Of a stretch of 50,228 nt of DNA, positions 19,601-31,198 are shown piece by piece. This DNA is from an uncultured Acholeplasmatales bacterium. Lineage in GTDB: Bacteria > Bacillota_I > Bacilli_A > Acholeplasmatales > Anaeroplasmataceae. Location of the stretch: positions 1 to 50,228 of the forward strand of contig CAJOOI010000014.1 in NCBI GenBank assembly GCA_905236105.1, read 5' to 3'. The translations under genes were made by a program, and so were the position numbers. The notes under the pieces are model-generated. The model saw nothing but the letters and a program-made list of their open reading frames with translations. It made no database searches and was not told the DNA's origin. Position 1 is the first letter of the stretch, and every line of letters starts with the position of its first letter.

Positions 19601-20036
19601 TTGCAATATTTTCATCTTTAAAAATTTCAATATGTTGGCTTGATGAATTAATAAAAGAACTAACATCTAATTTAGTTTCTTGTTCTTGATTTTCATTTTT
19701 AATTTTAGCAGTTTCAATTTCTGTATTTAAATCACTAATTAAATGATTTTTTATTTTTTCATTTTCTTCTAAATGTTCATTTAGTTCATTAATTAATATT
19801 TTAGTTTTTTCATCATAAGCTGATATGACCTTATTGAATTCATCACCTAAATTAAAGATAAATTCTTTTAATTTATCATCCTGCTTAAGGTAAGTATTTG
19901 TGTTCTTTTCAAGAATATTTTTTATTTCTAATATTCTTTCATCTTTAAGAGGTTCTTTAGCAGTTAATTTTAAATATTTATCTAAATATTCATTTACTAT
20001 TTTAGAAAAATTCTTTATCAATTCTGAAAATGCCAT
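16632..20036 (-). CDS. Large uncharacterised coiled-coil protein (1134 aa)
   Basis: AGGAGG RBS. K/E/N-rich, very few Pro/Gly, no Walker motif or TM helix visible. Confidence 0.85.
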   Translation of the reverse strand: MAFSELIKNFSKIVNEYLDKYLKLTAKEPLKDERILEIKNILEKNTNTYLKQDDKLKEFIFNLGDEFNKVISAYDEKTKILINELNEHLEENEKIKNHLISDLNTEIETAKIKNENQEQETKLDVSSFINSSSQHIEIFKDENIATHDRFNYQYLSAKESYSSSIIKYNDELKEKLRVENERYKERLESYDEETKEMISSYKADVASKEDNLALANYEYNKLNNDFQEKRKKESTKLNNEIRNHVKLRNDEIAEARSTYTSSQDKASLEREEKKNQYQEESKKTTRDFVFNVNELEKEENKSKNKYETELRNETNSRTYSLYKIHKQQEQELKTLYDTGVNNFSTRKKAKYINKFYYHQKQQIKSDSDKTLARIKSNYEEDMLQNDYQKKILDIGRTTSFDILNEKEIKDNKYYQELNNLYENILNFNIYKANNKYTESANDVRLISDIIGVDLDKSFEEEEAECQIKIEKITSEIKKKNLEINLALEMQKVIHDYEDVKHEKTISYYTVSNLLTIEKFKVLDNFNTRRYNLNIESADLDLDYAIKKVNLQNEKYSALSNEKIKINKKELEKFINSNKHKMVEQELNSNHEETLIKRNFSYENDVIVQNVLDKRFAYEIKNLNYTISTFTSFTSQISSFINKFVNNTLFEVAIPFVDAKFLATYINGMLKNILNYYKDLLDSLRQNIFLNIESRIKFEEDFKFRKIEDENKENNAKDVALVRAKIKEAKDKIKLINDINEDIRKTVSNIDFEISQERKNKNDGNLKKIAENKEKIENYLLDINANEAIIAKENKTIIKYQEDLKTIEFNNQDTIKSLKEIQHNNAIAYYNLRTNILNLVKQKTNKIDEDFEDYLRLSYNKFSLELLYGFIDKLTIFFDEINVDIYSISVHFKNEAIKNNAITMKKIIMKYEKDINRINASHGEKLKEEKEKYEEKNEYIIDELRDLHKEKDDIEEKYNILIYDNEIIKQRNVNNNIIKRRDNTNQFYIELYAVNDNSNDITNEYNDFIKDNDLKFENNKALLINNVNNECHNIDEDLNKYILSKKELVSQLPAVVKERKRELSENNKLKHKELVDNLYKEQIAADLRAKDLNKILEQIETNYNESIDKINFSEKRLKSKERKAFNNKRYKLKVA

Positions 20037-20065
20037 ATTTAAAACCTCCTTTTCACATTAGATTT

Positions 20066-20094
20066 ATTATATAATTTTTTGGGCAAATAGTAAA
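20066..20094 (-). promoter_or_regulatory. Sigma-70 promoter for coiled-coil gene
   Basis: TTTACT-17bp-TATAAT on the minus strand. Confidence 0.55.
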
Positions 20095-20284
20095 GAAAAG
20101 AGGCTAATTTTTTAAAATTTAATATTGCCATAAATATTTTATAAATTTTTACTAAAAATAATGTAAAAAAACATCATGAATAAATCATTTGAGCAAAATG
20201 TAAATTCTTTGAATTTAATTATGCATTTTTCTTTAAAAATAGATGGATTTAGTATATAATACACTTTAGTGAAAAGGTGATAAT

Positions 20285-20836
20285 ATGTATGAATATATAA
20301 TAGGAAAAATAACAAAAATTAGTCCCAAATATATAGTATTAGAAAACAATAATATTGGTTATCTAATAATAGTTGCAAATCCATATAATTATAAATTAAA
20401 TGATGATATTAAAATCTTTATTCATCAATATGTAAAAGAAGATGTTTTAGATTTATATGGTTTTGCATCTAGTAAAGAAAAAGATTTGTTTTTAAAACTA
20501 ATTTCTGTAAGTGGCATTGGCCCAAAGAGTGCATTATCAATTCTTGCAGCTGGTACTGTTGATGAAATAACTTACGCAATTGAATCTGGAAATGATGCAT
20601 ATCTTAAAAAATTTCCTGGTATTGGTGCTAAAGCATCACTACAAATCATATTGGATTTAAAAGGTAAGCTTGATACATCTACAATTGTTACAAATTCTAA
20701 TTTAAAAGATGTTGAGGATGCATTAGTTGCCTTAGGCTACAGCAAGAAAGAATTAACAAAAATATTAGCTAAGCTTGACCCACAAGAAGAAGTATCTAAA
20801 CTTGTCAAAGAAGCTTTAAAAATGTTGATTAAATAG
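20285..20836 (+). CDS. ruvA: Holliday junction branch migration protein RuvA
   Basis: [34 protein letters not shown]. Confidence 0.96.
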   Translation: MYEYIIGKITKISPKYIVLENNNIGYLIIVANPYNYKLNDDIKIFIHQYVKEDVLDLYGFASSKEKDLFLKLISVSGIGPKSALSILAAGTVDEITYAIESGNDAYLKKFPGIGAKASLQIILDLKGKLDTSTIVTNSNLKDVEDALVALGYSKKELTKILAKLDPQEEVSKLVKEALKMLIK

Positions 20837-20844
20837 GTGAAAGA

Positions 20845-21882
20845 ATGGAAGATAAAACTGAATTAAAAGAAAAAGAAGAAAGAGTAGTCGACCCAAATAA
20901 AGAAAAAGAAGATGAAAATGACGAGCTTTCTTTAAGACCTCAAAAATTAACTGAATATATAGGTCAAGCAAGTGCTAAAGAAATGCTAGATGTTTATATT
21001 AAGGCGGCCAAAAAAAGAAATGAATCATTAGATCATGTTTTATTATATGGTCCTCCTGGATTAGGTAAAACAACTCTTGCTACAATTATAGCAAATGAGC
21101 TTGGCGTACATATTAAAGTAGTATCAGGCCCTGCTATCGAGCGTAGTGGAGATTTAGCTGCAATATTATCTACACTTGAGGAAGGCGATGTTTTATTCAT
21201 CGATGAAATACATAGACTTCCACGTTATGTTGAAGAGGTTTTATATAGCGCAATGGAAGATTATTCTTTAGATATTGTTGTAGGAAAAGATAGCCAAACA
21301 AGAAGTATTAGAATTGACCTACCTCCATTTACATTAGTAGGTGCTACAACTAGATTTGGAGATTTATCTGCTCCTCTTAGAGATAGATTTGGTGTAATTA
21401 TAAGACTGGAATATTATTCTTTTGATGAATTAAAACAAATTGTTTTGAGAACATCAAAGGTTCATCAAGCTCAGATTGATGATGAGGCAGCATCTAATTT
21501 AGCTAAAAGAAGTAGAGGTACTCCTCGTATAGCTAATCGTTTATTTAGAAGAGTAAGGGATTTTGCTGATGTAAAAACTGATGGCAAAATAACTATTGAT
21601 ATTACAAATGAAGCTTTAAATAAATTAGGAATAGATGATGATGGTCTAGATTATTCAGATTATCATTATTTAAGATGCATTATTGAAACATTTAAAGGTG
21701 GCCCTGTAGGAGTTGAGGCAATAAGTGCTTCAATTAGTGAAGAAGTTTCTACTATTGAAGATGTTTATGAACCTTATTTATTACAAGAAGGCTACATAAA
21801 AAGAAGTAATAGAGGTCGTATCGCAACAGAAAAAGCCTTTAAAAAACTAGGTTATAAATATTATAAAGGATTATTTGAATAA
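20845..21882 (+). CDS. ruvB: Holliday junction DNA helicase RuvB
   Basis: [38 protein letters not shown]. Confidence 0.98.
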   Translation: MEDKTELKEKEERVVDPNKEKEDENDELSLRPQKLTEYIGQASAKEMLDVYIKAAKKRNESLDHVLLYGPPGLGKTTLATIIANELGVHIKVVSGPAIERSGDLAAILSTLEEGDVLFIDEIHRLPRYVEEVLYSAMEDYSLDIVVGKDSQTRSIRIDLPPFTLVGATTRFGDLSAPLRDRFGVIIRLEYYSFDELKQIVLRTSKVHQAQIDDEAASNLAKRSRGTPRIANRLFRRVRDFADVKTDGKITIDITNEALNKLGIDDDGLDYSDYHYLRCIIETFKGGPVGVEAISASISEEVSTIEDVYEPYLLQEGYIKRSNRGRIATEKAFKKLGYKYYKGLFE

Positions 21883-22907
21883 TGAAGACAAGTGATTTTG
21901 ATTATAATTTACCAGAAGAGCTTATTGCTCAAACACCACTTAAGAATCGTAGTTCATCTAAGCTTATGGTTTTAGATAAAAAAACTGGTGAATTTGAGCA
22001 TAAAATTTTTTCTGATATTATTGATTATTTATCTAAAGATGATGTTTTAGTATTAAATGATACTAAAGTTATTCCAGCAAGATTAATTGGAGAAAAAACT
22101 GATACTAAAGCAACTATAGAAATATTATTATTAAAAGATTTAGGTGATAATGTTTGGGAATGTCTTTCTAAACCACAAAAAAGAGTAAAAATAGGCTCTA
22201 TAATTTCATTTGGTGATGGTATTTTAAAAGCTCAATGTGTGTTTAAAGATGATGAAGGTATCACAAGATTTAAATTGATATATGATGGCATTTTAGTAGA
22301 AATTTTAGACAAGCTTGGTTCAATGCCTCTTCCACCATATATTCATGAAAAATTAGAAGATAAAGACCGTTATCAAACTGTTTATGCTAAAAATTTAGGC
22401 AGTGCTGCGGCACCTACTGCAGGACTTCATTTTACAACTGAATTATTAGAAAAAATCAAACAAAAAGGCATTAAAATTATACCTATAACTCTTCATGTAG
22501 GCTTAGGTACATTTAGGCCTGTTAATGTTGAAGATACTAAAAATCATCACATGCATAAGGAATATTATGAAATAAGTGAAAAATCCGCAAATGAATTAAA
22601 TAAAGCAATGAATGAAGGAAAAAGAATTGTAGCAGTTGGCACAACTTCTGTTAGAACATTAGAATCTGCAATCCATGAAGATCATAAATTTTATCCAGAA
22701 TGCAAAGAAACTGATATATTCATTTATCCTGGTTTTGAATTTAAAGCTGTAGATGCCCTAATAACAAATTTCCATTTACCTAAATCAACACTAATTATGC
22801 TAGTTTCAGCTTTAGCTTCTAAAGAATATATACTAAATGCTTATAATGAAGCAATTAAAAACAATTACCGTTTCTTCTCATTTGGAGATGCAATGTTTAT
22901 AAAATAA
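21882..22907 (+). CDS. queA: S-adenosylmethionine:tRNA ribosyltransferase-isomerase QueA
   Basis: [49 protein letters not shown]. Confidence 0.98.
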   Translation: MKTSDFDYNLPEELIAQTPLKNRSSSKLMVLDKKTGEFEHKIFSDIIDYLSKDDVLVLNDTKVIPARLIGEKTDTKATIEILLLKDLGDNVWECLSKPQKRVKIGSIISFGDGILKAQCVFKDDEGITRFKLIYDGILVEILDKLGSMPLPPYIHEKLEDKDRYQTVYAKNLGSAAAPTAGLHFTTELLEKIKQKGIKIIPITLHVGLGTFRPVNVEDTKNHHMHKEYYEISEKSANELNKAMNEGKRIVAVGTTSVRTLESAIHEDHKFYPECKETDIFIYPGFEFKAVDALITNFHLPKSTLIMLVSALASKEYILNAYNEAIKNNYRFFSFGDAMFIK

Positions 22908-22912
22908 TGAAT

Positions 22913-22933
22913 AAGCCCACAAGGGCTTTTTTT
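22913..22933 (+). terminator. queA terminator
   Basis: AAGCCC-ACAA-GGGCTT plus T-tract. Confidence 0.85.
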
Positions 22934-23107
22934 CAAAATAATTTATAAAAATACATAATTTACAATTTAACTTCTTTATGTATATATTTTTTTATTATAT
23001 AACAAGAGTTTGCCTCGCTTTAAGAGGTTGACTAAAAAGCCCTTAGTTTAAGCATTTAAGTTCAAAAGGGCGTAAAAACATCTTTATTTTATGTAAAAAT
23101 AAGTCGA

Positions 23108-23133
23108 AATTATAACAAATATTTGTTATAATT
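23108..23133. promoter_or_regulatory. Perfect 26-bp palindrome containing extended -10 boxes on both strands
   Basis: AATTATAACAAAT|ATTTGTTATAATT; each strand reads TGTTATAAT. Confidence 0.65.
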
Positions 23134-23167
23134 AACTATCGATTTAAAAACATGAAGGAGAAAAAAA

Positions 23168-24806
<1,639 letters not shown>

Positions 24807-24807
<1 letters not shown>

Positions 24808-25457
24808 TGTTTGATATAGAAAATATCGATGAAAATAAAATAATTACTGTTTTTGAATTTGAATCTTTAGGTAAAGAATACAATAAAGCAAATCAAATTT
24901 TAAGTTTTACGAAAGTGTTTCAAAATCAAAATAAATATAACAAAATGGTTCAATTACCAGATTCTTTTATGTTTTTAAAAGCTAGAGTAGAAGAAGATGT
25001 TTTTGAAAATGCGATTGACTTTTTCAAAAATCTTGGACTTAATGTTTTTAAAACATTTAAAGAATATTTAAGCTTTATCAATTATAAACAAGATAATTAT
25101 AAAGAAGTAATTGATAAAATGGAAAATGATTTATGTTTTTATATTAATCTTGATGAAACAATTTATTCATTCATGAAAAAATATAAAAAAGAAATCATTA
25201 AATTTGCTAAAGCATGTGATACAACTATCATGCTATATCCTTTAAATACAAGAATAATCAATTTTTATAGTTTCTTTTGTTTCAATTTCTTAGATAGTGA
25301 TGAAAAAGGTGATGTAACTGTTGATTTTTCAACAAATTCTATCATCTATTTTGAAAAAAAGAATTCAGAAGAATTCATTAAAACATGTAATTTACTTTCT
25401 AAATTTGCAAATAGTGAAAAAGAACTAAGCGAATTAAATATTAATATCGTAAAATAG
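24807..25457 (+). CDS. Hypothetical protein
   Basis: Translationally coupled to tgt (TAATG). No recognised motif. Confidence 0.75.
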
Positions 25458-25470
25458 GTGCTATATACAT

Positions 25471-28350
25471 ATGAAGGAATATAAAAAAATACAACAAAAA
25501 TATATTGATGAAATCTCATCAAATGTAACTATATATGAACATATAAAATCAGGTGCTAAAATCTGCACAATGGAAAATAATGATAATAATAAAGTATTTT
25601 CTATCGGCTTTAGAACACCACCAATTAACTCAACTGGCTTAACACATATCCTTGAACATTCAGTTTTATGTGGCTCAAGAAAATATCCTGTAAAAGATCC
25701 ATTTGTTGAATTAATGAAATCTTCATTAAATACATTTTTAAATGCTTTTACATTTCCAGATAAAACAATATATCCAGTTGCTTCATTAAATGACAAAGAT
25801 TTTTCTAATTTAATGGATATATATTTAGACGCAGTATTTTATCCAAACATATATAAATATAAAGAAATCTTTATGCAAGAAGGCTGGCATTATGAATTAA
25901 ATAATAAAGATGAAGATATCGTCTATAATGGTGTTGTATATAATGAAATGAAAGGCGCATTTTCTGATCCTGAACAAATCTTATTTCGCCTAATAATGTC
26001 ATCATTATTTCCAGATACAGCTTATGGCCTTGAATCTGGTGGAGATCCAAAATATATTCCTAATTTAAGTTATGAAGAATTCTTAAATTTCCATAAAAAA
26101 TATTATCATCCATCTAATTCATATATCTTCATTTATGGAAATTGTAATATGGAAGAAAAATTAAAATATCTAGATGATGAATATTTATCTTCATTTGATA
26201 AAATTGATTTTGATACAAAAATAAAATATCAAAATCCATTTAATAAACCTGTTTTTCTAACTTCTTATTATGAAGATAATGAAGAAAATACATATTTATC
26301 TTATAATTTAGCTTTCAAATCTACATTTGAAATCAAAGATATATTAGCATTAGATATCTTAATTTCAGAATTATTCACAAAACCTTCAGCTCCAATAAAA
26401 GAAGCATTAAACAAAGAAAATATAGGCACATCTATTGAAACGATGTTTGAAGATGGCTTATTACAACCTGTTTTATCAATTTATCTTACAGGAGCGAAAG
26501 CTTCTGATGAAGAAAGATTTATAAAAATTATTGAAGATGAATTTAAAAAAGCTATAAATGGAGCATTAGATAAAAAAGCTATTGAAGCATCTATTAGATT
26601 TTATGAATATAAAGAAAGCGAAAAAGCATTCTCAGCTCATTTCCCACAAGGTTTAGGAATTAACATAACCCTACTTTCTTCATGGTTATATGATGATAAT
26701 CATCCATTCGATAAATTAGAAATAATAAAATATTATAAAGAATTATTAAACGACTTATATACAGGTTATTTTGAAAATTTAATTGATACTTATTTATTAA
26801 ATAATAATCATAAATCTTTCGTTAAATTAGTAAGTAGTCCAAATTATAATCAAAAAGAAGATGAAGCTTTAAAAAATAAACTTCAAAAATATAAAGAATC
26901 ATTATCTGAAAAAGAAATTAATGAATTAATTGAAACAAATAAAAAATTAAAAATATATCAATCTGAAGAAACATCACAAGAAGCTTTAGATACACTTCCT
27001 AAATTGAAAAAAGAAGATATAAAAATTGAAGCTTTAAAAGCTAATTTAGAAATTATAAAAGATAAATATGAAATATTATTTTCAGAATATGATGTAAATA
27101 ATATTTGTTATATTTCATATTTATTTGATATCACTGATATCAGCTATGAAGAATTAAAATATCTTAATTTATATTCTAGATTATTTTTATATCTTAATTC
27201 TAAAAATTATACAAATAATGAATTATTAAATAAGATTAAATCATATACTGGTGGAATTTATACAGGCTTATATACATATATAGATGATAAAAATAAAGTC
27301 CATATAAAATTAAAATTTGATTTTTCTTCATTAAAAGAAAATATCAAAATAGCTAAAGATTTAACAGATGAACTAATCTATAATTTAGTATTTGATAATA
27401 AAGAAAAAATCAGACATCGCTTAGTTGAAACCCTAACTGATTTAAAAAATAGTATTGTTTCAGGAGCACATATTTTCGCCTCAAATCGAGCTTTTTCATA
27501 TATTTCTGATTTCTTCAAAATTGGTGATGTTTATTCAGGATTAGATTTTATTTATTTTTTAAATGATATTGTTAATGATTTTGATAATCAATATGAAACA
27601 TTAATAAAAAAATTAAATAATGTTTCAAATCTATTCTCTAAAAAGAATTTCATTTTAACTGTAACTGCAAGTAAAGAAAACTTTTTAGAAATAAAGCCTA
27701 TGTTTGATGAATTTTATCATAAATTAGAAGATGAATTAAATTATGAAAAGCATACATTTATAAAAGATATTAAAAATGAAGGATTAAAAGCTCCATACAA
27801 TGTAAATTATGTTTCAAAAGTAGGTAAATTAAATATTAAATCTACAGGAGAGCTTGATGTTTTATTAAAGATAATTAATACAGCATTTTTATGGAATAAA
27901 GTAAGAGTTTTAGGTGGAGCTTATGGTGTTTCAATGTCTATTACTAGAAATGGATATATTTCACTTAAGAGCTATAGAGATCCTAATATAAAATCAACAT
28001 ATGAGGCATATGAAGAATTAATTGATTATATTAGAAATTTAAATATTTCAGATGAAGAATTATATAAATATAAAATTGGTGCATTAGGTGATAATCAATT
28101 AGTCCTACATAAAAAAGATTTAGCTTTCTATGCATTTAAAAAATATTTAACAAATACAAAATATGAAGAAGATGAAGAAAGATTAAAATCTATCTTAAAT
28201 GCTAAATTAGAAGATTTAACTAAATATGCTGATGTCATCAAAGATGCATTAAAAGAAGATATAATATGTACAATTGGTAATCAAAATAAAATAGAAGAAA
28301 ATAAATCTTTCTTCAAAGAAATTAGGGATGTGAATGTCAAATGTCAATAA
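25471..28350 (+). CDS. M16C (presequence protease/insulinase-like) zinc metallopeptidase
   Basis: HILEHSVLCGSRKYPVKDPF, LNAFT, QEGWH, GVVYNEMKG, VRVLGGAYG, SYRDP. Confidence 0.95.
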   Translation: MKEYKKIQQKYIDEISSNVTIYEHIKSGAKICTMENNDNNKVFSIGFRTPPINSTGLTHILEHSVLCGSRKYPVKDPFVELMKSSLNTFLNAFTFPDKTIYPVASLNDKDFSNLMDIYLDAVFYPNIYKYKEIFMQEGWHYELNNKDEDIVYNGVVYNEMKGAFSDPEQILFRLIMSSLFPDTAYGLESGGDPKYIPNLSYEEFLNFHKKYYHPSNSYIFIYGNCNMEEKLKYLDDEYLSSFDKIDFDTKIKYQNPFNKPVFLTSYYEDNEENTYLSYNLAFKSTFEIKDILALDILISELFTKPSAPIKEALNKENIGTSIETMFEDGLLQPVLSIYLTGAKASDEERFIKIIEDEFKKAINGALDKKAIEASIRFYEYKESEKAFSAHFPQGLGINITLLSSWLYDDNHPFDKLEIIKYYKELLNDLYTGYFENLIDTYLLNNNHKSFVKLVSSPNYNQKEDEALKNKLQKYKESLSEKEINELIETNKKLKIYQSEETSQEALDTLPKLKKEDIKIEALKANLEIIKDKYEILFSEYDVNNICYISYLFDITDISYEELKYLNLYSRLFLYLNSKNYTNNELLNKIKSYTGGIYTGLYTYIDDKNKVHIKLKFDFSSLKENIKIAKDLTDELIYNLVFDNKEKIRHRLVETLTDLKNSIVSGAHIFASNRAFSYISDFFKIGDVYSGLDFIYFLNDIVNDFDNQYETLIKKLNNVSNLFSKKNFILTVTASKENFLEIKPMFDEFYHKLEDELNYEKHTFIKDIKNEGLKAPYNVNYVSKVGKLNIKSTGELDVLLKIINTAFLWNKVRVLGGAYGVSMSITRNGYISLKSYRDPNIKSTYEAYEELIDYIRNLNISDEELYKYKIGALGDNQLVLHKKDLAFYAFKKYLTNTKYEEDEERLKSILNAKLEDLTKYADVIKDALKEDIICTIGNQNKIEENKSFFKEIRDVNVKCQ

Positions 28351-28622
28351 TATTTTATAATATAATTTCATTTTTATTAGGTGCATTTATTTTATTTTAT
28401 GGCATATTCTCATTTTCTAAATTCAAAAATATATTATCTTTATGCCTTTCCATAATACATTCAATATTATTAATAGCTTGTGGAATTGTTGGATTTATTA
28501 TTAATGAAAATTATTCATATATCATAATCATCATTATGGCAGTTTTAGCAATTAGCTATATTCTTATTTTGATGCTTTATGATAGAAAAGTTCAAGCAAA
28601 GAAAAATGAAGAAGAAAAATAG
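28341..28622 (+). CDS. Small three-TM membrane protein
   Basis: Three hydrophobic stretches and a charged C-terminus; overlaps the peptidase stop. Confidence 0.7.
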   Translation: MSIIFYNIISFLLGAFILFYGIFSFSKFKNILSLCLSIIHSILLIACGIVGFIINENYSYIIIIIMAVLAISYILILMLYDRKVQAKKNEEEK

Positions 28623-28710
28623 CCTTCAATTAGTTTAAAAAATATAATTAATTTACATAATTTAAAAACTAAAATATAATATTTTAAATTTTTTAATGAA
28701 GTAGGTTTAT

Positions 28711-30687
28711 ATGTACGAAGTAAATTTTGAAATTCCCGCATTCTTTTTGTCTATTGTTTGTTTTTTATATTGTATTACTGCAAAACAAAGACAATATATA
28801 CCACCAAAAACAGTAAAAGCTAAATTAACTAGTCAGCATTTTACATTTTTAGTTATGCTTGTAGCTAATATGTTATCAGCTATTTCATCTATTATTGGTG
28901 TTTATATAGCTAATTCAAACACGCCAAGTGTTTATTTTTGGAAATATTTTTTCCATGCTTGTTATTTTTTCTTTCATTCAACATTATCAATTGCTTTTGC
29001 ATTATATATTATTAATGTTACATCAACAAATTCAAATTGGAAAAAAATGCATTACATCATTTTTACAATTCCATATATCCTAGCTGAATTATTAGTATTA
29101 ACAAATCCGCTAACAAATTGGTCATTTTATTTTGATAATGACTTAATCTATCGTAGAGGTATATTAATGCCTGTACTATATGGTTTAGGTGGACTTTATG
29201 TTGTAATTGGCTTTTTCTTCTTTATTAAGAATAAAAAAGCAATTTCTAAAGTTGATAGTATAGCAGTTGCAACATTCATAATTGTTGCAACAGCAGGTAT
29301 TATAATTCAAGGTATTAAATCTGCATTTTTAGTTGAATTATTTAGTGAAGCATTAGCTTGTTTAATATTAATGGTTGTTCTTGAAGAAAAAAGTGGTCAT
29401 GTTGATATTACAACAGGATTACTTAATAGAGTCGCATTTGCTGAAGCAAATAAAAGACTTATGGCAACTAATCAAGAATATAATATTGTATTAATTAAAT
29501 TAAATGAAATTGATAAATTCATAAGAAGATTTGGTGGAAGAGAAGTTGAAGAATTCTTGATGAATGTTGCATCATTTATTTCAAAAGAAGCAAATGTTAT
29601 AGATGTATATAGCTACCGTAGAGAATCATTTGCTGTAATATTTAAATATGCTAATGAAAAACAAGTTATCAAGTTTATTGAAACAATAATTGATAGATTT
29701 GAAAAAAATTGGCAGATAAGTTCAGTTGAAATAAAAACTGATGTTATTGCTACATTAATAAAAATTCCTCAAGATTATTCATCATATGATGATTTTAAAA
29801 ATATTCTAGTTTTAGATTATAAAAAAGAAAAATCAGGATCATATTTTGTTCCATTAATTGAAATCAAAAAAATATCTAATTCATCTTTATATGAATCACT
29901 TCTTAAAAAAGCAATAGAAGAAGATAAATTAGAACTTAAATACCAACCTATTTGGTCGATAAAAGAAAAGATGACAGTATCTGCTGAAGCCTTACTTAGA
30001 GTTAATCTCGATGAACTTAAAGATATATCTCCTGAAGTATATATTCCTATTGCAGAAAAAACTGGTTTAATTAGAGAAATAGGTTATATTGTATTTGAAA
30101 AAGTATGTGAATTCTTAAGTGATGAGAGATTTAAAAAAAGTAATATTGAATATGTTGAACTAAATTTATCAACATACCAATTTATGTATAACGATTTAAT
30201 AGATAGATTTGAAGAAATTAGAAAAAAATATAATGTCCCTGCTAAATTAATAAATCTAGAAATTACAGAAACAGCAGCCACATTAGATGAAGATGTCGTA
30301 TTAAATTCATTAAATAGATTTTTAGAATTAGGCTATACTTTATCTTTAGATGATTTTGGTACAGGTTATTCAAATATGGTTAGAATGATTGGTAGTAATT
30401 ATCGTAATATTAAAATTGATAAATCAATATTATGGAATGCTATGAAAAATGGCACTAATGAAAAAACATTAAAAAATTTAAGTGTCTTTATTAAAAGCTT
30501 AGGATTTGATATCATTCAAGAAGGTGTTGAAACTAAAAAACAACTTGAATTAGTTACAAAATGTGGCTGTGATTATATACAAGGTTTTTATTTTAGCAAA
30601 CCTATTCCTAAAGATGAATTCTTTGAATATATAAAAAATGAAGCAAAAAGTTTAAAATATAAAAAAGAGGATTTAGAAAAAGATTAA
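28711..30687 (+). CDS. Membrane-bound c-di-GMP phosphodiesterase (multi-TM, degenerate GGDEF, EAL)
   Basis: About 7 TM helices; DITTGLLNR start of a GGDEF fold with RRESF in place of GGDEF; YQPI, AEALLR, LEITE, DDFGTGYS, IKIDKS, EGVE, IQGF. Confidence 0.92.
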   Translation: MYEVNFEIPAFFLSIVCFLYCITAKQRQYIPPKTVKAKLTSQHFTFLVMLVANMLSAISSIIGVYIANSNTPSVYFWKYFFHACYFFFHSTLSIAFALYIINVTSTNSNWKKMHYIIFTIPYILAELLVLTNPLTNWSFYFDNDLIYRRGILMPVLYGLGGLYVVIGFFFFIKNKKAISKVDSIAVATFIIVATAGIIIQGIKSAFLVELFSEALACLILMVVLEEKSGHVDITTGLLNRVAFAEANKRLMATNQEYNIVLIKLNEIDKFIRRFGGREVEEFLMNVASFISKEANVIDVYSYRRESFAVIFKYANEKQVIKFIETIIDRFEKNWQISSVEIKTDVIATLIKIPQDYSSYDDFKNILVLDYKKEKSGSYFVPLIEIKKISNSSLYESLLKKAIEEDKLELKYQPIWSIKEKMTVSAEALLRVNLDELKDISPEVYIPIAEKTGLIREIGYIVFEKVCEFLSDERFKKSNIEYVELNLSTYQFMYNDLIDRFEEIRKKYNVPAKLINLEITETAATLDEDVVLNSLNRFLELGYTLSLDDFGTGYSNMVRMIGSNYRNIKIDKSILWNAMKNGTNEKTLKNLSVFIKSLGFDIIQEGVETKKQLELVTKCGCDYIQGFYFSKPIPKDEFFEYIKNEAKSLKYKKEDLEKD

Positions 30688-31170
30688 TCATTAATTTGAT
30701 TAGTCCCTACTAAATCCTCTTTTCTATATATCATATTTTTTGGACTGTAAGCAATACAAAAATAAATACAATTATGGCATGGTTGACATAATAGGTTCAT
30801 TTTCATGTGATTTTTATTAATTAATTTTCAAAAAGTTGATATAAATTTAAGATTTAGTTCATCAGATTTAGTTTCATTTATTTAATATAACAACATTACA
30901 AATTAAATTTTTTTATAATCAAATATTAAGGGCATATTCCCTTTTTTATTGTGATTTATGAAACAATATTATTGTTTTTTCGTTACATTCAATTAATTCA
31001 ACTATTTTTACACGATTGGGCATTAAAGCTAATGAGAAATTGTTGAAAACAACCCGCATTTATAGTAAAATATACAAGTGGAAAAATTTGCTTGAATTTT
31101 TAAAATTAAATTTGCAATTTACAAGGAATTTTCAAAAATAAAATAAAATAATTTAGTAAAACTAAAATAA

Positions 31171-31198
31171 AAAAATAGCCCTATAAGGCTATAGTTTT
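31171..31198 (-). terminator. tRNA-Arg terminator (possibly bidirectional)
   Basis: ATAGCC-loop-GGCTAT flanked by A and T tracts. Confidence 0.75.

Noticed and set aside
16632-20036. SMC/SbcC ATPase or phage tape-measure protein
   Set aside because: No Walker A/B or ABC signature, no phage genes nearby, and it is not Ala/Gly-rich.
23020-23050. preQ1-I riboswitch (AGAGGTT... between queA and tgt)
   Set aside because: No matching CCTCT P1 strand, loop consensus or downstream A-tract/RBS geometry, and it is too far from the next start codon.
30684-30806. 40-aa Cys-rich minus-strand ORF (MKMNLLCQPCHNC...)
   Set aside because: No RBS, atypical composition, and it ends inside the hairpin; likely chance.
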